Shown here: positions 1 through 12,006 of the stretch, in pieces
How positions within the stretch are numbered: position 1 is the stretch's first letter
Layout of the letters: each line of letters begins with the position of its first letter
NCBI GenBank assembly: GCA_964016885.1
Contig: OZ024741.1
Coordinates: 220,968,001 to 221,032,000 of the forward strand
From: Eledone cirrhosa
Taxonomy: Eukaryota
Reading direction: 5' to 3'
Length of the DNA stretch: 64,000 bases
Program-made: the position numbers and the translations under genes
The notes under the pieces: model-generated
The model's database searches: none
What the model saw: only the letters and a program-made list of their open reading frames with translations
What the model was told of the DNA's origin: nothing

Positions 1-1420
1 CGCTGGACGGAATAACAGGTGAAATTGCTCGGGGTCTGCTTTGGTCCAGACCTCCAGGTGGACAAGAACTGGAAAGAGATCACGGCGAAGGTGTTTGCAA
101 ACTCTCCTTGAAAGGTTAAGCAGAGGTGGCGAACACTTACATAGCGTCCGTCATCTACTACCGCTTGACAGTCGTGCCTTGTCCCCGCGAATACCTCACC
201 AAAATGAAACGCCTACTCTTCAAGTTCCTCTGGAAGAAACAGGCTACATTGGTGAGGAGATCCATCTGCTGTCAACACCCTTCTAACAGAGGGCTGGGCA
301 TGCCGTGGCTGATGCGCAAACACGCGCTGAGGCTACGCCATCTCCAGGTATTCCTGACAGATGAACCGGTGTGGCTGTCGTTTGTGAGACAGCCACAACT
401 CGTCTCGCTAAGAGCTGCAGTCCTGGGTCAAGCGAAGGCCGAAAATGGGTGCCAAGCACCTCGAGTGCCTACAGGCGCTGACAGCCCTCAACCAAGCGGA
501 AACGGCAATCAGCGGAGACTCCACTTCGACATTCTATAGAGGATTAGTTGAGGATAAGTGCGACGACGTTCTCGGGGAAACTCTAGGCATCGAGGGGGAA
601 GAACTGACCAGTCTGTTCAGGAGGACTTTCCGTCCAGGGCCTATGGATAACTTACAGAGGTCTCTGGCCTGGCAGTGCTACCGAGGAGCTCTACCAGTTC
701 GAGACAAAATATACAGGCATGGACGCCTTGGCAGGGATCCTGCCAACAGGACCTGTACAAGATGCGAACAGGACATCGAAACGTAATTGTTCAGTGCCCA
801 GGGTGACGGACCTGTGGAATTATGTCGAACAGCTACTGTCACGTGTGGGACGCATTCAGTTGTCAGCCGAGTCCATCGTGAGGATCACCGCGCCACCTTA
901 ATTTAAGAATGAAGGAGAGGCGGCTTTCCTCTATCTGGTGGCTATGGCGAAAGAGGTAATATGGTGGACGAGGTTGAAAGGACTGAGGGCAAACACCTCT
1001 CTCTCCGGACAACAACTTATCCCCTTCTTTAAGTACCATTTCAGAAAGAAGGTGAGAGTGGAGAGAGAGGTGCTACACCCCAGTAAATTCGCTGAAAGGT
1101 GGGTGAATGTGGCGAAAATGGCCCGAGTGAATGGGCCTTCTCTGTATATAAACCTGTAGATTGAGGAAGATAAACAGAGGGAAGACGGGAACACCTACAA
1201 AACGTGTTCCTGGTGTTGAGGGTTGTTCTATCCACGGGGTGTAAAACAACCCTGCAGTAACGGTCCCCCTATTGGGGATTTCAATTGTTATTTTATTATA
1301 TATAGTTTAGTTATTTATTAATGTTAAAGTTATATGATTTTTATGTAAAACCCCTGCCGTCACGTCTTGTAATGTCCCATTTTTGTACGCCCCTGTGGCA
1401 AATAAAGAAAGATATCTATC
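1..1420 (+). mobile_element. L1/Tx1-clade LINE, 3' part of ORF2 (frameshifted) plus 3' UTR
   Basis: Overlapping ORF fragments 126-539, 445-786, 719-901 and 938-1159 give 'FKFLWKK..LVRRSICCQHPSNRGLGMP', 'WQCYRGALPVRDK' and 'CTRCEQDIET', typical of the L1/Tx1 ORF2 C-terminus (zf-RVT region). The 3' UTR ends in AATAAA followed by (TATC)n. Confidence 0.8.
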
Positions 1421-1439
1421 CAACCATCCAGCCATCCAC

Positions 1440-1503
<64 letters not shown>

Positions 1504-1517
1504 TCATCTATCTATCC

Positions 1518-1760
1518 AAGAAGAGAGCAAAAGGAAGAAAGGAGCACTTGCACAACACGCTCCTGAAGTGAGGGTTGTTCTATCGACGGGGTATTAAACA
1601 CTCCATTTGTGGCGCCTAATGGGGATTTCGATTGTTAAATTTGTTTGTTTCAATATTTTTACACGACTGTATGTAAAATCCCCGGCATGTGCCTTTGTAT
1701 TGTCCCCTTTTTCTTGTGCGCCCTTGTGGCAAATAAATAAATATCTCTATCCATCCATCT
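1518..1760 (+). mobile_element. Second, diverged copy of the same LINE 3' UTR
   Basis: Shares blocks with 1170-1420 (gagggttgttctatc, ggggatttc, tgtaaaa-ccc, gtggcaaataaa) and again ends in an ATCT/ATCC tail. Confidence 0.65.
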
Positions 1761-2074
1761 ATCCATCTATCTATGTATCTCTAGTCTTCTTTGTTTATCA
1801 ATCTATAATTCTATAAATCGATATATCTATCCTTCTTTCCCTATCTTACTCTCTCTCCCTCATTCTTTCACCCTCTCTCTCATTCTCCCCCCCCCCCCCT
1901 ATCTCTCATTCCCCCCTCTCTCTCTCTCCTGCCATCTGTCTCTTTGTCTATTGACCCGCGTATTGATCAAGTAATCAATCTGTCTACATCAATAGGCTTG
2001 TTTCCTCTAACAATGTGTATTCATTTATAATGCATATAAATATATATATATATGCACACACACATATATATATA

Positions 2075-2118
<44 letters not shown>

Positions 2119-2128
2119 TATATATATG

Positions 2129-2255
<127 letters not shown>

Positions 2256-2578
2256 CGATAGGAGAAAGAGAGTGACGATACTGTGATATTAATTCACTCG
2301 AGTGTTGTACAATAGAGATATCCACCAATCTCCATCAATTCTTTACTATTTACTTAACTAACCAAGATATGTATTCACAGCTACTAACATATACACAGTT
2401 TCATCTCTTCACAATTACATCTACTGCTCGTCTGCACTATCGTTTTTCTTTTGACTTTATAAGGAAACTGGTGTAATCTCCACGAAACCGTGTTGTCAGG
2501 TAATCTATAGACGGTGGCAGATGAAACGACTGTTGTTTTCTGTGTTTCAGTCTTATAATAATGATAATAATAATGAAA

Positions 2579-3600
2579 TTAATGTGTACAGTGCTCAGGT
2601 GCACTACAACTCATCAAAGGTGCATGTATAGTACATAGAATAATATACAAAATGTCAGGAAAGTGAACAGTGTATGAGTCATGATATACATGTATGCGTG
2701 TGTATGGAGGGGGAATATTAGGTGTAGTGTTGGCAAATCTCGGGAAGCATGGAGGTTTTAAAGGATGCAGTGTCCCTACAGCTAACAACTGATGGAGATA
2801 GTTTGTTCCATGGGGGTTTTAAAGGATGCAGTGTCCTTACAGCTAACAACTGATGGAGATAGTTTGTTCCATGGAGGTTTTAAAGGATGCAGTGTCTCGA
2901 CAGCTAACAACTGATGCAGGTAGTTTATTCCATGGAGGTTTTAAAGGATGCAGTGTCTCGACAGCTAATAACTGATGCAAGTAATTTGTTCCATGGAGGT
3001 TTTAAAGGATGCAGTGTCTCGACAGCTAACAACGGATGCAGGTAGTTTGTTCCATGGAGGTTTTAAAGGATGCAGTGTCTCGACAGCTAATAACTGATGC
3101 AGGTAGTTTGTTCCATGGAGGTTTTAAAGGATGCAGTGTCTCGACAGCTAACAACTGGTGCAGGTAGTTTGTTCCATGGAGGTTTTAAAGGATGCAGTGT
3201 CTCGACAGCTAATAACTGGTGCAGGTAGTTTGTTCCATGGAGGTTTTAAAGGATGCAGTGTCTCGACAGCTAACAACGGATGCAGGTAGTTTGTTCCATG
3301 GAGGTTTTAAAGGATGCAGTGTCTCGACAGCTAATAACTGGTGCAGGTAGTTTGTTCCATGGAGGTTTTAAAGGATGCAGTGTCTCGACAGCTGACAACT
3401 GATGCAGGTAGTTTGTTCCATGGAGGTTTTAAAGGATGCAGTGTCTCGACAGCTAACAACTGATGCAGGTAGTTTGTTCCATGGAGGTTTTAAAGGATGC
3501 AGTGTCTCGACAGCTAATAACTGATGCAGGTAGTTTGTTCGATGCTTCAACAACTCTGAGCATGAAAAAATGTTTCCGAAAATAATGGGAGCTGTGCTGT
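2579..3600 (-). mobile_element. CR1-like LINE 3' end containing a tandem amplification
   Basis: The minus strand reads 'FFMLRVVEA-(W)NKLPASVVSCRDTASFKTSM', the conserved CR1 ORF2 terminal motif (FF..RVV..WN.LP....... FK), followed by a 3' UTR and short (TTA) tail. Confidence 0.7.
2748..3540. repeat. 61-bp tandem array, 13 units
   Basis: Unit catggaggttttaaaggatgcagtgtctcgacagctaacaactgatgcaggtagtttgttc. 793 bp / 61 = 13 units, with no unique spacers. Confidence 0.95.
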
Positions 3601-3670
3601 TTTTATGTGTTTTGTGTATTTTGTCTTCGTTGAGCTTATTTTAGTTATTTGATTGTAAATGGACTCAAAT

Positions 3671-3739
3671 TTATTCCTGTCTTGTCTGATGATCCTGTGA
3701 GCGCACGGGTGAAATTATAGAATATATATATAAGAATAA
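3671..3739 (+). ncRNA. Putative type I hammerhead ribozyme (singleton)
   Basis: CTGATGA at 3686-3692; stem II cctgtg/cacggg; GAAA at 3711; stem I cttgt/ataag, with ttattc/gaataa distal. Stem III is weak. Confidence 0.55.
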
Positions 3740-3990
3740 CCTTTAGACTAACCTGATCAATGAAACAATTGTTAATACTGTAAATAAAACCCTTTTTGTA
3801 CAGCCGACCATGTTATTCTTCACTCTTTCACTATTATTATTCCAAGAATAACCTGCATGGGAATTCTCGGACTCGCTACCTAACTAAGGAAACCTCTTGT
3901 TGAGTCAAACAACGCCGTACGTTAAAACTATCCATAGTACAGAGTACTCACAACCTTTAACTGGATTACCTAAAACGATAACTTGTTATC

Positions 3991-4045
<55 letters not shown>

Positions 4046-4051
<6 letters not shown>

Positions 4052-4370
4052 GAATTGGTGTTCTGAAATAGCGATATATAGCACCAATTCTAATTTTCAA
4101 TTTCTGCTTCACCGGCAACCGCTCTGTATAATCAGTTCCTGATTATTACTAGAATTATATAAGAATCAAACATTCATGATTTTCAGAAAACAGGCGGAGT
4201 AGTTAGCTTTGATCAGCACCAAAAAGTGAGAAACAGAGCTCTGTCAGCTTTATCTCCCCTGTTTTCTGAAAATTAAAGTAAGTGAGACTGTCACTTCTCT
4301 AAAACAATAGAGTAAGGTCTTCGAAATGCTTTTAATTAAGCATACAGTGTATTTCAAAATACACTATATA
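4046..4370 (+). mobile_element. Hammerhead-bearing short element, family E (degenerate core TTGATCA)
   Basis: agct-TTGATCA-gcac..gtga-GAAAC agagctct GTC-agct at 4205-4249. Homologous to 19950-20465 and flanked by (TA)n. Confidence 0.65.
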
Positions 4371-4432
4371 TACATATATATATATGAATAAAGTTTATGA
4401 AAGTTTGACACCTTGTCCATACTTAATATTAA

Positions 4433-4552
4433 TCTGAGTTCAAATCCCGCCGAGGTTAACTTTGCCTTTCATCCTTACGGGGTCAATAAAATAAAATACC
4501 AGTAATACACTGGGGTAATTGCTGGCCTTGTGCCAAAAGTAAAAACAATTAT
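4433..4552 (+). mobile_element. tRNA-derived SINE (5'-truncated)
   Basis: B-box GAGTTCAAATCC plus central domain ccgaggttaactttgcctttcatccttacggggtc(g)ataaaataaa-taccag, repeated many times in the window. Confidence 0.85.
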
Positions 4553-4609
4553 TAATTTTATATATATATATATATGTCTGTGGGGGGGTCTGGGTGTGTG
4601 TGTGTGTGT

Positions 4610-4732
<123 letters not shown>

Positions 4733-5129
4733 TGCGAAAGGCAAATAGAAATAATAAAGCAAACGACACTGTGCAAACAAGAAATATATTATTAGTGTTA
4801 TGCTTGATATAGTCTTAACTTTTTGGACGCTAGTTCTTCATCAGAAAATAAAATTAGAAATTAAAGAATAAAAATATATAACTCGCGTATTCCAGCCTCT
4901 TTATATATATAATAAATAAAATCATAGGTTAGTGTTTCTGAAGAAGACAATGGACCGATTAAGGATTTTGAGACAAGAAACCGGTTGCACTACCATGCAA
5001 GTTGATATATCGATTTCCCACAATCACACGACCCTTTAAAACGATTGTAAAACAGTGAATTTATAAGCTACATATCCTTGACTTTCGGTTTGTTTTCATT
5101 AAGTACACACATATATATATATATATATG

Positions 5130-5202
<73 letters not shown>

Positions 5203-5229
5203 ATTTATATATATATATTTATATATATG

Positions 5230-6052
5230 AAGAATTAGTATATCTACCAATATATATATACAGAAGTATACCTATGCAAGCAAATATATAGGTTTTGTCT
5301 TAGTAACTTTGTGGTTCAATGCATGGGGATGCAGAACAATTATATGAAAGGCGTAAAATAAGAAAATTATAAAAATTAACTTACTAAAATTTCACTCCAA
5401 CTAATTAGTTTCTGAAAGGGAATAAACATGATTTCCAAATAGAAAACATGGAGAAGCCATTTCGTCATCAGGAAGTCGTTCTCAGCTAAGATCCCTGGCG
5501 ATGCCTGGACACAGGGAACTTATACAAAAATAATTCATTGGATGGAAAAAAGCATGCGTGGACTAAATTCCAAGACATTGAAAAAATCACTGCCTATTTG
5601 GTCGGTGGCAAATTCAAAAGAATCAATCACGTGACATCGAGGTTAATCAGTGAGGAGTGGGGTGTTAAAAAGACTTCCTGGTGACGAAATGGCTTCTCCA
5701 TGTTTTCTATTTGGAAACCATGTTTATTCCCTTTCAGAAACTTGTTGGAGTGAAATTTTAGTAAGTTAATTTTTATAATTTTCCTATTTTACGTCTTTCA
5801 TATAATTGTTCTGCAACCCCATGCATTGAACCACAAAGTTACTAAGACAAAACCTATATATTTGCTTGCATAGGTATACTTCTGTATATATATGTTGGTA
5901 GATATACTAATTCTTTATAATTATCTCCAAATTATTTTGTTGAGCAAAAATTTGCCAAAATTGCTGCTATAGTTCATAGTAACAGCTTGGCTACTGTCTT
6001 TTTAACACCCCACTTCTCACTGATTAACCTCGATGTCACGTGATTGATTCTT

Positions 6053-6058
<6 letters not shown>
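5230..6058. mobile_element. Fold-back element: ~245-bp inverted arms (5231-5477 / 5672-5915) plus a second inverted pair (5615-5673 / 5996-6058)
   Basis: Direct reverse-complement match of the arms, flanked by (TA)n. The arm begins with CTG(A/G)TGA...GAAA(C/T)CATGTTTA, which is hammerhead-like. Confidence 0.75.
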
Positions 6059-6082
<24 letters not shown>

Positions 6083-6083
<1 letters not shown>

Positions 6084-6298
6084 CGATATTAATAAATGGA
6101 AACTATATTTATAAAACCATATTTATTTCATTATACATATTTCAGGGATACCAAATTAAATTATGGTATGCCTTCATCAGACAAAATACAATATATAACA
6201 GTTTTATGAAAGCATACCATAATTTAATTTGGTATCCCTGAAATATGTATAATGAAATAAATATGGTTTTATAAATATAGTTTCCATTTATTAATATC

Positions 6299-6300
<2 letters not shown>
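6083..6300. mobile_element. Family A fold-back element with hammerhead on the minus strand (6124-6188)
   Basis: ~95-bp inverted arms inside (TA)n. Minus strand: tattttgt-CTGATGA-aggcatacca/tggtatccct-GAAA-tatgtATA-atgaaata. Confidence 0.85.
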
Positions 6301-6343
<43 letters not shown>

Positions 6344-6448
6344 TTAAATTTTCTGCCAGGGTTGTGTATTGTGATATTGAGCAAGACAGTTTATTTCACA
6401 TCGCTCCAGTTCACTCATGCATACATGCCCACATACATAATACACACG

Positions 6449-6523
<75 letters not shown>

Positions 6524-6527
<4 letters not shown>

Positions 6528-6693
6528 AATGTTAGACCCCGATGGCAGAGCACAAGCCGTCGGGGTCTAACATTTTCCTATTACCCACTCGACCCCGATG
6601 GCAGTCGAAACGGCTTGACATAGTCCAGAAACAGCCGTCGAAACGGCTTGAGCTCTGCCGTCGGGCTCTAACATTTTCCTATTACCCACTCTA
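6524..6693 (+). mobile_element. Family F pseudo-LTR fragment (rearranged, fold-back)
   Basis: gtcGAAACGGCttgagctctGCCGTCggg, the 3' half of a hammerhead. Homologous to 10530-10660, 19188-19350, 27112-27205 and 45670-45890. Confidence 0.75.
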
Positions 6694-6743
<50 letters not shown>

Positions 6744-6814
6744 ACTTATACAAAATCAGCGACAATCTTTTCATTGAGATGTTATGTAAATTAGTGGCAA
6801 ATTGCTTATGTAAC

Positions 6815-6877
<63 letters not shown>

Positions 6878-6964
6878 TGTGTGTGTGTGTGTGAATGTAT
6901 GTATATATATATATGTTACATAACCAATTTTCCTCCAATGTACATAACATTATATATATTAAGG

Positions 6965-7100
6965 AATCTACAAGTCTGGTGAGCCATCGATTCCAGAGTT
7001 GATCGATACCGATCGTTACTTGAGCTGATCGATCGCGAAACGCGCGTTACACCTGAATAAACATAATGATGTTATATTGATCCCCCGTTCCTATTTCTTA
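6965..7100 (+). mobile_element. Hammerhead-like pseudo-LTR remnant, family G
   Basis: CTGGTGAgc...gcGAAACGCGCGTT followed by AATAAA. A related copy at 30355-30480 has GAAACGCGCGTC. Confidence 0.5.
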
Positions 7101-7111
7101 TTAATATTATT

Positions 7112-7325
7112 CGGTGGATTGGCAGTATCGGTAGAGCGTCGGACAGCATGCTTTATAACATAAAGTTACGTCCCATTACGATTTGAGTTCAAATCCTGCA
7201 AAGGTTAGCTTTGCCTTTCATCCTTACAGGATCGATAGAATAAAGTACTATAATGGAATGGGGTGGATTTAATCGACTTTCCCTTCTCCCAAATTGATTG
7301 GCTTTGGGCTCAAAAAACCAATATT
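7112..7325 (+). mobile_element. tRNA-derived SINE, near full length
   Basis: A-box-like TGGCAGTATCGG, B-box GAGTTCAAATCC and the central domain. Confidence 0.8.
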
Positions 7326-7454
7326 AGTATAATTAATTCTCTGTTTCTTAAGGATAGCGACTACAGTGCAATAGCAAACGTGCCAACCGGTCGCACGTCA
7401 ACCTCGAGAGCTCAAACTGATGAAACACTAGTTGCTTAACCTTACACACCAATA

Positions 7455-7492
<38 letters not shown>

Positions 7493-8269
7493 GTTAATCC
7501 GGGTTGAATTGGACGTAACCACAGTAAGTAAGGTACTCAATACATAGCAGAGTATAAAAGTGTTAATATAGATGAGATTCTACAGGACTAGAACTGTTTC
7601 ATTCATTAGAAACATATATACATATATATAATATATATAATATATATATATATATATAATTATTAAGAAAGACGGTTTCAATTTACATCACTATTAATTT
7701 TGTTAGGCGTATTTCAAAGACGTAAGGCAGTTGTATAGCAGCTTCCCTACACAAATCCAAATGAGATGTAAACATCCATTGATATATTACCGGTCATACG
7801 AGTTATTCCCTTCGCCGACCAGAAGGCATATGTCTGAATTTCTCAAGTAGCAGTTCTTATATGTGTGGGAGATAGATATTCCAGTTGGCGTTGCTGCTTG
7901 TGAACTGGCTAGGGTATCAAGTTACCAGATTGGTCGCTTGATTCCTAGTGAGGCATGTAGGAACTGTTAGTCTATTTTTTATTTATTTTTTTACACCTAT
8001 TCTATTCACTAAGATACTAATTCTAACTTTAGTTATTTGTACTTTGATGGTGATGTTATAAGGTATCTATATATTAATGAATGTTGAATTAATTATTTGG
8101 TGGTCTATTTAACATTATTTAAGTTTTAATTATATACTCTACGAAATGTCTTATTAATTTTGTGTAAACAAGAATTAAAAATTCAGAGCGCTTATTAATC
8201 ATTTTATGTCTACTATTTATGATGTGTAAAATCTATGTAGTACAGAGGTCACACCCTCTAGATATAGAT

Positions 8270-8875
8270 CTATATATATGTGGAAAATAATGTGAGAATT
8301 TTGACCAAGAAAGGGAGTATTCCACTTGTTTATTTTTTAGCGACCCAATCAGTTCCGACAGGGCCGTGCTAAATCTTTTATCAGCTCTTTTAAATGAGTG
8401 GTCATGGTTGTACCACCTTTCCTTAAATCTAGTAGAAGTTGCACCAATATATTTATAAGTCTCTACTACTCGTTTTTACTTCACATACATAAACAATATT
8501 TTTCCCTAAACAGTTATTTTTCATTGGGTAACTGTTATGATTTCTGCAATTGCAATTATTAACGTTACCATTCATTGTTCCCTCCCTGTGTCTGTGTGTC
8601 CGTTGGTTTATCTCATTTATGTTAATGGTGTTATCCCTGTTATTCGAGTTGCTGTTTAATCTATCAGTGTCATATGTTTGCTAATATGTGTTATTTCTTT
8701 GTTTAATTCCCAGATTTATATTGTTAATCTTCGCTATATTTTGGTTGTCGAGTAAGAAAGTTTAATTGTGTGTCAATTAAAGATTTGACTGTATTTATGT
8801 GATCTAGGAAAACATTTGTTTAATGCGTTAAACAAAAGCCTAGCTATGTTTGTTTTTGTTTCTTTTTGTAGTCTA
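8270..8875 (-). mobile_element. Degenerate Penelope-like element fragment
   Basis: 8730-8870 (-) translates KTNIARLLFNALNKCFPRSHKYSQIFN*HTIKLSYSTT, matching the PLE RT/EN-linker motif KTNIG..FL.LI.KHFP..H.L.KIFNRNTIKLSYS. A decayed hammerhead-like motif lies near 8340-8390. Confidence 0.6.
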
Positions 8876-9120
8876 AAGACAGTACATCTCATCGCGGTGC
8901 ATTGATTTTTTTTTTTTGGGGGGGGGGGGGGGTCGGATAGCTATCCCTTTTAGTTATCAACGCACTGGTAAATGTACTGTCTTTAATGCGTTCGAAACAT
9001 GAGTGATCCACAGAAGACAGCCGTTGAGCGGGAATTGTCCTTGTCTTTATGTTTGTGTTTCTCTTACGTTTTCTAAATAATATTTATTAGTAACCACACA
9101 ACGCCTTTGTCACCTTTTAA

Positions 9121-9154
<34 letters not shown>

Positions 9155-9156
<2 letters not shown>

Positions 9157-10658
9157 AAAAGGTATGACCCCGACGGCAGAGCTCAAGCCGTTTCGACGGC
9201 TATTTCTAGACTAAATTAGAATTTTTAGCCTGGTAGATAAATAGCCGAACTTGTCAAGAGGTACTTCCTTATATGGGAAGATTGTAGTTGTCAAGAGAAT
9301 TGGTCAAAATTTGTTGTAAACACAAATAAGTCTATCATGGCATTTGGTGGGAGGTAAGGGTGGCTACACTTTCGGGCCACATCTGAGACCTCCAAGATAA
9401 TAATATAATCTACAATCTCACTTGGAGCTTACTGTCCAGAGTTAACTCTTACACGGGAGGACGCCGTCCGTGTAACTTATGCTCGGAGGAAACATTACAA
9501 ATGCTGTTTTCGAAGGACCAACACCTAAACAAGAAATACGAACTGGTAACGGCATGCAACCACAGATTGCGTAGGACTTACCTAGCCCTCAAACCCCATT
9601 GCCGAATAAGTTAGGGGAAACCCCAGACTACATAGGTAGATGTACCGCTTTTCTTTTCCTCTATGTATACTTCTTCACCCTGTCTCATCCCATCACTTCC
9701 TTCCACCCACAATCTTCTTCGTCTGTTTTTTCCACTTTCGCCTACCCCGATGCAGCCCATCGGGCCTCTGTAATTTTAAGATAGATTTGGCCGAATACGC
9801 TTTACTAACTATTTATAGCAGATGTGTTAGACCCCTGTAATTTTGTATCATTTTTGGTACTACTCCATTTCTACAATTTCAAAATTCTTATTTAGTATTT
9901 TCGATTCTCAACTTATTAACCTGTAATTGTAAGATAGCATTGGCGGATTACGCTTTACTTATTTATAGCAGCTGTGTTAGACCCCTGAAAAGTTTGCATT
10001 ATATTTTTTCACTACCCACTTCTACAATTTCTTATTTATTATTTTCCATTCTCTATTTATTAACCTTTTCTATAGCTTTGGCCGTACAAGCAACACCTAC
10101 TAATTTTTTGCAGCTGTTTATAAACTCTACTGTTTTTTTTTATTCATTTCTCACTATCTAATTTTATATATTTTTTATATATTTCTTTCTATTATTTTTT
10201 ATTGTCTCCTACTCTCATTTGACTTACCTATTATAACCTCCCTCCTCCATTTTCTCCAGAACAATTCTTCGACTTTTCATACATTATCCTTAGAATCTGC
10301 TGTATAGATATCACTTTCAATGCTTAACTGGCTCCACTCACTCCTTCATTGTTCTACAGACAAGTTCAGCCACCCCTACCTCCCACCAAATTCCATGATA
10401 GATTTATTTCTGTTTACAACAAATTTTGACCAATCTTCTTGACAACTACAATCTTCCCATATAAGGAAGTACCCCTTGACAAGTTCGGCTATTTATTTAC
10501 CAGGCTAAAAATTCTAATTTAGTCTAGAAATAGCCGTCGAAACGGCTTGATCTCTGCCGTCGGGGTCATACTTTTTCCTATTACCCACTCTACTACCCTA
10601 AGTATTGAGTACTCTGGTGCGTTATGGTCCATCTGGTTCCTTACCACAATTCCTTCGT

Positions 10659-10660
<2 letters not shown>
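9155..10660. mobile_element. Family F element with ~210-bp inverted terminal arms, each holding a hammerhead
   Basis: 9155-9365 is the reverse complement of 10368-10578. Bounded by (TA)n on both sides. Confidence 0.85.
10471..10566 (+). ncRNA. Type I hammerhead ribozyme, U3-A8 core variant (inverted copy 9167-9262)
   Basis: Stem I acccc/ggggt; core TTGACAA; stem II cggctattt/aaatagccg plus aggctaaa/tttagtct; GAAA; stem III acggc/gccgt; GUC cleavage triplet. Confidence 0.75.
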
Positions 10661-10702
<42 letters not shown>

Positions 10703-10704
<2 letters not shown>

Positions 10705-11090
10705 GGGTTCAATCAGGGTAACCACTATTACTAAGGTACTCAATACATTAGTGTAAACATCATGTTTAATATAGAAATCAGTCATAAAACCCATATGTAT
10801 AGAACCCTTCAAATGTGTGGGTGTTCGTGTGTAAGTGTGTGTGTGCCTCGGTACGTGAGTGTGAATGTGAGCGTTGCCATTTATCTGTGCCCTTGTATAA
10901 TTGTATATATACCTAAAACAGTGTTTACAAAAAATCCCTGTTCTTTAAAATCCCTTGGCCAACGGCATCCACCCGTTACCAACCACCAGAAAACATAAAT
11001 ACAACAATTTTACAATCAGCTTTCCTGATGACACCTTTTGGATGAAACAGTTCTAGTCCTGTAGAAGTCATTTCTATATGAAATATGATA
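10703..11090. mobile_element. Family B element (inverted 5' piece plus hammerhead 11021-11067 on +)
   Basis: tttc-CTGATGA-cacc tttt ggat-GAAACAG ttctagtc CTGTA-gaag. Other copies at ~7496-7610(-), 17160-17345, 17730-17760(-), 24190-24325(+), 34650-34785(-), 38430-38465 and 45228-45348(-). Confidence 0.7.
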
Positions 11091-11548
11091 TATATATATA
11101 TATATATATATATCGGATCTAACTGTCGAAACGGCTGGAGCTCAGCCGTCGGTGTCCTGGCTCTTTTCCTATATATATATATAATTTATGTTATGTTACT
11201 TGTTGGAAGCTGATGATTCACTCGATGTTTTACCCTGCAAGCTATTCTCTAGGCGCCATTTTGTTGTTGCCCGTAGGCTTGCTACACAGCAAGCCTTTCT
11301 GAAATATTACACGCTGAATTATCAGCTTCGAACCAATATATAAACCTATCTATTATATATATCGGCCAACTTTTCTCCCGTTTTTTTACAAACAGAAACA
11401 CACACGCATACATACATGCGCATTTACATTCACACGCAGACACGCTCACACACGTGCACACTCACACGTACACGCACGTGTACACGCAAACCTCTTTCCC
11501 ACTCAAGCATACGTATACATACACACACACACATATAGATATATATAT

Positions 11549-11712
<164 letters not shown>

Positions 11713-11713
11713 T

Positions 11714-11788
<75 letters not shown>

Positions 11789-11801
11789 TTATATATATAT
11801 A

Positions 11802-11849
<48 letters not shown>

Positions 11850-11885
11850 TATATATATTTGTATATATATATATATATATACATA

Positions 11886-11933
<48 letters not shown>

Positions 11934-11972
11934 TTTATATATATATAAATGTATATATATACACACACACAC

Positions 11973-12006
<34 letters not shown>

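Noticed and set aside
2748-3540. CRISPR-like regular array
   Set aside because: Units are contiguous near-identical 61-mers with no unique spacers and no cas genes. The context is eukaryotic and the unit derives from CR1.
7410-7440. CTGATGAAAC as a hammerhead
   Set aside because: There is no room for stem II and no stem I pairing. CTGATGA at ~11210 and ~15401 likewise lack a matching GAAA or stems.
8770-8780. In-frame TGA in a PLE remnant as selenocysteine (Naiad-like)
   Set aside because: It falls at a conserved Arg position (IFNR) in a frameshifted relic, so an ordinary nonsense mutation is the simpler explanation.
9599-9784. ORF with 'YIGRCT' as a GIY-YIG fragment
   Set aside because: Only a 3-residue match, with no upstream VY/IY motif or downstream R..EH.
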